Assembly: GCF_000143415.4 (NCBI RefSeq)
Contig: NW_003314323.1
Coordinates: 562,499 to 626,498, forward strand
Origin: Selaginella moellendorffii
Lineage: Eukaryota; Plantae; Lycopodiophyta
Direction: 5' to 3'
DNA length: 64,000 nt
In this document: positions 57,947 to 64,000 of the stretch, in pieces
How the letters are laid out: each line of letters opens with the position of its first letter
Position numbering within the stretch: position 1 is the first letter of the stretch
Made by a program: the position numbers and the translations under genes
The notes under the pieces: model-generated
What the model saw: only the letters and a program-made list of their open reading frames with translations
Databases searched by the model: none
Told to the model about the DNA's origin: nothing

Positions 57947-60716
57947 ATGTCGAGGAATGCGGCGCTCTTCGACACCGTGTTCTCGACCAGGCGCTCCAGT
58001 GCTTTGATTGTTTCGCATCCAGCAGCGGCGGAGGTGTCGCTGGCGTCGGCTTGTTTGCCTTCTTCTACGCTCCACTACAATGCCAGGCACCTGAGAATCG
58101 TGAGTATTTCTATCCAGTGAAACATTTCTTAAAAGCGTTTTGGCTTTCAGATCGCTGTGAATGGATGGTGCTGGAACGATCCCCGGTGCTCGAGCAGACG
58201 ATCGTCATCGAGAAAGTTCGTGGCTTGCCGCGCATTTGAGACGTCCGAGGCCGATACAACTAGTGACAGAGCAAAGGAGGAGTCTTTAGCCGGGGGAAAT
58301 GGAGCGGCAGCTCCAGCGGGACAAGAGGATTACCCTTCCGGCGAGCTCGAGTTTCATGCAGCCAATGGTTGGCAAGTTTTCTTGATAAAGCTCAAGATGC
58401 TGATCGCGTGGCCATGGCAGAGGGTCAAGAAAGGAAGCATTTTAAAGATGAAGATCTCGGGCGAGGTACGTACTTTTTCGAATGGTGATGGTATTTAGTC
58501 TTTTATCTGTCTATCTAGATCACAGAGCAGCTACAAGATAAGTTCCAACCAGGCATCTCGCTTCCACAAATCTGTCAAAATCTGATCAAGGCTGCTCATG
58601 ATCCTCGCATAGCAGCAGTGATCGTTCAGGTGGAGCCTCTTTCATGTGGATGGCCCAAAGTTGATGAGATTTGTCGACATATTGAGTACTACAAGCAATC
58701 TGGTGATGTGCTTATTTCTTGTTTCTCAATTTCTCATCTTTTTTATACCAGGCAAACCACTTGTTGGCTACTTAGCAGTAGGTGGGGAAAAGGAATACTA
58801 CCTTGCGTGTTCTTGCGGGGACGTGTTTGCACCACCTGGAGCATACATTTCTTTGCTTGGCTTAAAAGTCCAAGCGCAATTTGTTGGTGGTGAGTAGCTA
58901 GTGTTTCTTTCACTTTATGAAAAGAGATAACATTGCTCGCATTTTCAGGTGTGCTTGAGAAAATCGGGGTACAGCCACAAATTGAACGTATTGGAAAGTA
59001 TAAAAGCGTTGGAGATTTACTCTCTCGTAAAGATATGTCCGATGCAAATCGAGAAATGCTTACAGCTATTCTTGATGATGTGTACGAGAACTGGCTCGAC
59101 CGTATCGCATCTGTAAGAGGTACAGTCTACTTTCTAGAGTTTAAGTAGTCAATATCTTCGCAGGTAAAACAACGGCTGAGGTGGAAAACTTGCTTGAGGA
59201 GGGCATATTTGAGATAGAAAAGCTACATCAGCAAGGGTGGATCAGCGACGTGAAATACGAAGACCAGGTAGTTCTTTAGCGTTTTTCAAATGCCCTTAAA
59301 ATTTGCTGATTGATGTTAGATTGAGGAGATGCTCAAGGCAAAGCTTCAAATAAAGGATGACAAAAGTCCCAAGTACGTCGACTACAGGTGAGCCGTTCGT
59401 CAATCTTCCTTTCAACTTTCATTTGAACGATTGAACATTTTTTTTTTCTTTTGTAGGAAATATTCAAGAGTGCGAGAGTGGACCTTAGGCTTGTCAGGAG
59501 GCAAGGCCGATATTGCAGTCCTACGAGCTGTCGGTAATATCTCCCGGCAAAAGCAAATGGGCTTCACTGGAAGTGGCATTTCTAGCGACGCATTCATTGA
59601 GCAGATTCGGCAAGTACGAGGTCTTTTTCTTGTTTAGACAGACGTTTTCCATTTTTTTCTTGACTTCAACTTATGCAGAGGCCAAGAACTTTAAAGCCGT
59701 TGTTCTCAGAATTGATAGTCCTGGAGGTGATGCACTTGCATCGGACCTGTAAGTTTTAATGTTTATGATAGCAATGGTGCTGATTTTGTGTTTTTTGAGA
59801 AAGCGAAGCATGTGGAGGGAGTTGAGGCTGTTGGCAGCGAAAAAACCAGTGATTGCTTCTATGGTGGACGTAGCAGCAAGCGGAGGCTACTATATGGCTA
59901 TGGCAGCTGGGGTAATAGTTGCTGAACGCCTTACACTTACTGGCTCAATTGGGGTCGTTACTGGTACACTAATTTACTTCCTCAGGAACGTGGTTAAAGT
60001 GTTTGTACAGGAAAACTTAATCTCGGTAAGCTTTACGAGAGAGTAGGCTTTACCAAAGAGGTTATTTCAAGAGGAAAATTCGCGGAGCTGGACGCTGAAC
60101 AAAGACCATTCAGGTTTGCGTTCCAATTTTTCCCTTCATGCCGTGACATCCGGCCACTTTTAGACCCGAAGAAGCGGAGTTTTTTGGAAAATCTGCAAAG
60201 ACAGCGTACAAACGTTTCAGAGACACTGCAGCACTCTCCAGATCGATGCAAGTAAGCCACACTTCTGCCTTTAGTAGATGTGAGTCCTAAACGCATTTTC
60301 CAGATTGAAAAAATGGAAGAGGTAGCACAAGGGCGTGTATGGACCGGGAAAGCCGCAGCAGCACGCGGGCTAGTGGACACTCTTGGTGGTTTTTCCAAGG
60401 CTGTTGCAATTGCCAAACAGAAGGCGGGAATCTCGTTAGAGTCAAAGGTATTGGTAAAATCTCTTGCTGTCTGGACTAATTATGCTGCGTCCTTCAGGTT
60501 AAACTTGTGGAGCTCTCTCGCTCGAAACCAAACATCGTCTCCTTTCTCAGGGGAGGATTACAACTTCTTGTCCTGCTCCCGAGACTACTGGACGAGCTGA
60601 ATGGCAACACGGGCTTGGCCTCCGAGATCCGAGCCACCATGGACAACATCTCCGTTGAGGGACAATCAAGTGAAGAGCGCACGTTTTTTGAACTTCTGGA
60701 GCTTTTACTGAGATAG
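57947..60716 (+). CDS. SPPA: Chloroplast signal peptide peptidase / protease IV (SppA), multi-exon
   Basis: Transit-like exon 1, then [84 protein letters not shown]. Confidence 0.92.
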
Positions 60717-60962
60717 AAGCGAAGAAAGATCATCAGAGAAAATGTACGTTTACATCTTCAATACGTTTACGCTTGATCTTTCTTCTTCTAGATTGGACTC
60801 ACTACTGGTTCTCTTTTTTTTTTCGTATAGGATGGTTCATATATTCGCTTGACGTCAGCAACGGTTACCGACTATAACCGTTCTTCACACGGTTGTGAAC
60901 ATCCCCTGTTTTTGCGGAACGCTTTTACTCTTTTCGCGAGGAAACAGAAAAACGAAAGAGTT

Positions 60963-63139
60963 ATGGCTCGCATCTACGTCAAGCCTCAAGTGAGAAGTAG
61001 CAGGCCTCATGGCCGGCCTCGAGCTCTCGACTACACCGTGATAGAGCAAATAGCCAACGGGATCGAAAAGATGGTTGTTCAATGGAACCACGCAAAGGAG
61101 TCGAGGATCATCAGGCCTTACACCAGCAGCAGGAGTAATACGGCCACTTCGTCCAAGAGTTCTGCAAGGCCAACTTGGAAGCATTTGGATCAAGCAGTCT
61201 CTTCGCCTCAGGTTGTGGAACGTACTAGCACTGCACCAGCAGCCATTGATGGTAGTGGCAATAGTAACGAAGGTAGAACGGAGATGGGTAGTTTTACAGG
61301 GTCTGCTGGGCTACTCAACGAGATGGTCATTCCCAACTTCGAAGGGATTACCCGAGCTGAGATGGTGACCAAGAGCCAGGAACTCGATGGCGTTGTGAAT
61401 TCCTCCTGGTACTTGAAGAGTAACCATGTCAACAGCAGTGTTGGCGGGGACCTTCAGTGTGCGTCGTCTAGAACCGATCGGGACAACGCTCAGACTAGTG
61501 AGGACGGCAGCAGCGCTATTGGAATAACTCCCAGGCTTGAGTGTGCTGTGGAGCGAATCCAGGAGTTGACCAGCACTTGTACTTCATATTCTCAAGAACT
61601 TCCGAAGAAAAAGGCTACTTTGGTTTCAATTGACGAGCCAGTGATGACAGGGGCTTCAAAAGAACCGGCTCAACAGTACGCTGACCAGATGCTGCACTAC
61701 GAGCTGGAAAATGACGTCGGAAAAGATGCTGTAGAAGTCCGTCATGGAAGTTTATCGGAGAGAACCGAGTCTGCTTGTAAGGAATCGTACAGTGGCGATG
61801 ACAGGAGTACTCCTCAAGTACTGAATAATCAAGTGGACGATTGGACCGAAACAACTACAATCGTCGGTGAGAAGGCTTGGATCGGTGCTTTCTAAGTTAA
61901 CTTTTGAAACATTTAATCCAGGTGAGGAGAACATTCGGGAGCTTATTTCCTACACCAAGAAGAAAGAAGTCACGAAGGTTTGCCGTTTTAACATGCTTGC
62001 TTTCTTTCTCACTCGCATTACAGGAAAAGGAGGAACTTTTAGACGACTACAAGGTTAAAATTGAAGAGCTGCAGATTGCTCTACTGGAATGCTCTACGGA
62101 GTATGAAGTCAAGGCAAGTTTTGTTTGTATGCCAACATTTCTTCTATTTGGTCTTCTAAATTCTTCTTTTTGCTTATTGCAGATAGTTGAAATGAAAATG
62201 ATGATGCTAAACTTGAAATCTCAGTATCGGCAGCAGATGACGACTACCGGAAACGCCCATATCAATGTGAAACTTCTACAGCCGCCAACGACGAAAGAGT
62301 TTTCCTTGGTTACAAACAACCAAGCGAAACAAAACGTTGATTTTCTGAAGAAGCAAATGCAAAAGCTCAAGCAGGATAAAGAAAATTTGAGCAGGGAGCT
62401 CTTTTCTATGAAAAAGAAGCAGAGGTACGTGGTCATCATCCCAAGCCCGCTTCTCGAACTAAATTTCTTGCCAGGCAATCTGAGAAGCAGAAGAAAAGCC
62501 TTGACGACGCGTTGAACAAAGTCTCTTGCTTAAGAAGGTCAGCACCAGGAACTAAAACGGTATAATGTTCCAAATACCGGGGCTGAACTACTGGGCTTAG
62601 TTTAATGATTTCAGAGACCTGGCAAGACGAGACGAGGAGATATTGGATTCTCATCTAAGAGAGAAAGAACAGAGAGCTCAGCTGCATGAACTTCACCATG
62701 CGCTACAAAACGCGAGAGCGGCTCAGGCAGAGCCTGGAAAGCTGCTGGCGCTGCTTCCGGTGCTCAGAAACTGGCTAAAATCTGTTAAAAAGGTATTTGT
62801 CAAGCAAACTTTTTTTCATTGACCAAGCAAAGTTCTTTTCATTTGTTCTTCAGGGTCAATATTACTACGAGCCGAATCTAATACACAGCTTAGAACCTTT
62901 CGTCCAGTCGCAGGCATTTACGAGAAAAACGCCATCAAAGGCAAGTCTATCCTTTTCGTCGATTTTTGCTATACTAACTAGTGAAGGTTCCGACACAGAC
63001 GCCGCTGGCGATAACAGCAGACTATGCTAAAGAGAATCGCCAGGGACCTCGAGTTGACAAGATTGTCGGGTCAGTGACGAAAGAAATCCAAGCATTGCAA
63101 AAGGCACTCGAGAAGCTTGCATGCGGGAGATATCAGTAA
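60963..63139 (+). CDS. Uncharacterised coiled-coil protein, multi-exon (exon model approximate)
   Basis: Long first exon and short GT/GC-AG introns. Heptad-rich exons (EKEELLDDYKVKIEELQ; LKKQMQKLKQDKENLSREL; KEIQALQKALEKL). Confidence 0.55.
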
Positions 63140-63181
63140 AGGTCAATGAATTTCCTCTCATAGAATTGTTGCGGGAGTCTC

Positions 63182-64000
63182 ATGTTTCTTACTTCCAGGC
63201 GATTGAAATGGCAGCAGAGGCTGAGAAGACGGAAGAGAGGCTATTCTAAGCACGCAGCAAAGGAAGAAGTAACCCAACCAAGTCTGGAGGTTCTTTCGTC
63301 CTTGCTCCTGCAGTGCCTGGACGTGGAAGTCGCTCGCCACGTTCACTCCCACATCTCCAATCACGGGCTGGAAGCGTCGCTAGCGGACCAGCTCGTGGCG
63401 ACGTACGTGAGGCTTGGATGTTTGAGTGAAGCTCACCAAGTACTTAACAGGAACTCTTGCTCGGGGCTGGGGACATGGAGTGGGATCATCACGGGGTATG
63501 TCCAGAATGGGCAGCGGGCAGCGGCATTTTTTCTCTTCCGGAAAATGCAGCAGGACGGCATCGCTCCCAACAAGTTCGTGCTGGTGAGAGTCTTGAGCAG
63601 TGGTTGCTCGAGCCTCGCACAGGGAAAGCTGGCTCACGCGTGTTTATCAGAGGCAACGAGTGGCTCCGACCGTGTTGCTGGAAACGCAGCGATCAACATG
63701 TATGGGAAGTTTGGGTGCGTGGAATCGGCAAAGGCAGTGTTTGACAGAGTTTTGGAGCGGGATATCATCACCTGGACGTTGATGGTCTCTGCGTATGCCC
63801 AAAACGGGCATACCCGAGAGGCATTTCAAGTCTTTGGGAAGATGCTGGTGGAGGGGGTGGTGCCAAACAAGGTGACTTTTCTGGCTATACTCAACGCTTG
63901 CTCGAGCTCGTCACAGGCTGGTTTTGTCCATCGGTTGCTCTTTGAGAGCGGGTTCCAGTTCACCGCCATGGTAGAGTCCTCTCTCGTGGACGCGTATGGC
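63182..64000 (+). CDS. PLS-class PPR protein with Arg-rich presequence, running off the window end
   Basis: MFLTSRRLKWQQRLRRRKRG..., then WSGIITGYVQNG...MQQDGIAPNKF, GNAAINMYGKFG, ITWTLMVSAYAQNG...PNKVTFLAILNAC. Open to 64000. Confidence 0.88.
   Translation, partial: MFLTSRRLKWQQRLRRRKRGYSKHAAKEEVTQPSLEVLSSLLLQCLDVEVARHVHSHISNHGLEASLADQLVATYVRLGCLSEAHQVLNRNSCSGLGTWSGIITGYVQNGQRAAAFFLFRKMQQDGIAPNKFVLVRVLSSGCSSLAQGKLAHACLSEATSGSDRVAGNAAINMYGKFGCVESAKAVFDRVLERDIITWTLMVSAYAQNGHTREAFQVFGKMLVEGVVPNKVTFLAILNACSSSSQAGFVHRLLFESGFQFTAMVESSLVDAYG

Overview
Eukaryotic plant nuclear DNA. It has very short introns (about 46-70 nt), tiny intergenic spaces and many PLS/SS-type PPR loci, which is most consistent with the lycophyte Selaginella (inference, not proven). 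Apparently intact genes: a PhyH-family 2OG-Fe(II) dioxygenase, a peroxisomal cNMP-domain acyl-CoA thioesterase (ACH2-like), a CWF19L1/C3H zinc-finger gene with a U12 AT-AC intron, a long SS-type PPR-E gene, KAI2, two tandem paralogous membrane proteins, a P-loop NTPase resembling Crinkler-type (CR-NTPase/REase) proteins, a PPR gene, two 4CL genes, tRNA-Ser(UGA), adenylate kinase, SppA, a coiled-coil gene, and a PPR gene running off the window end. Decayed material: a Ty3/gypsy relic with a nested insertion, a Ty1/copia element with 118-bp LTRs disrupting the middle copy of a triplicated [PPR+4CL] unit, and pseudogene fragments of PPR, PhyH, MAP65, class III peroxidase, an LRR receptor and IQD. 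The most novel-looking items are the Crinkler-like NTPase with a probably degenerate nuclease region, the 4CL triplication (altered pocket residues, CpG-decay patches around the TE), and a spare thioesterase last exon that would remove the peroxisomal signal. All gene models were spliced by eye and family calls rest on motif recognition, not database searches.
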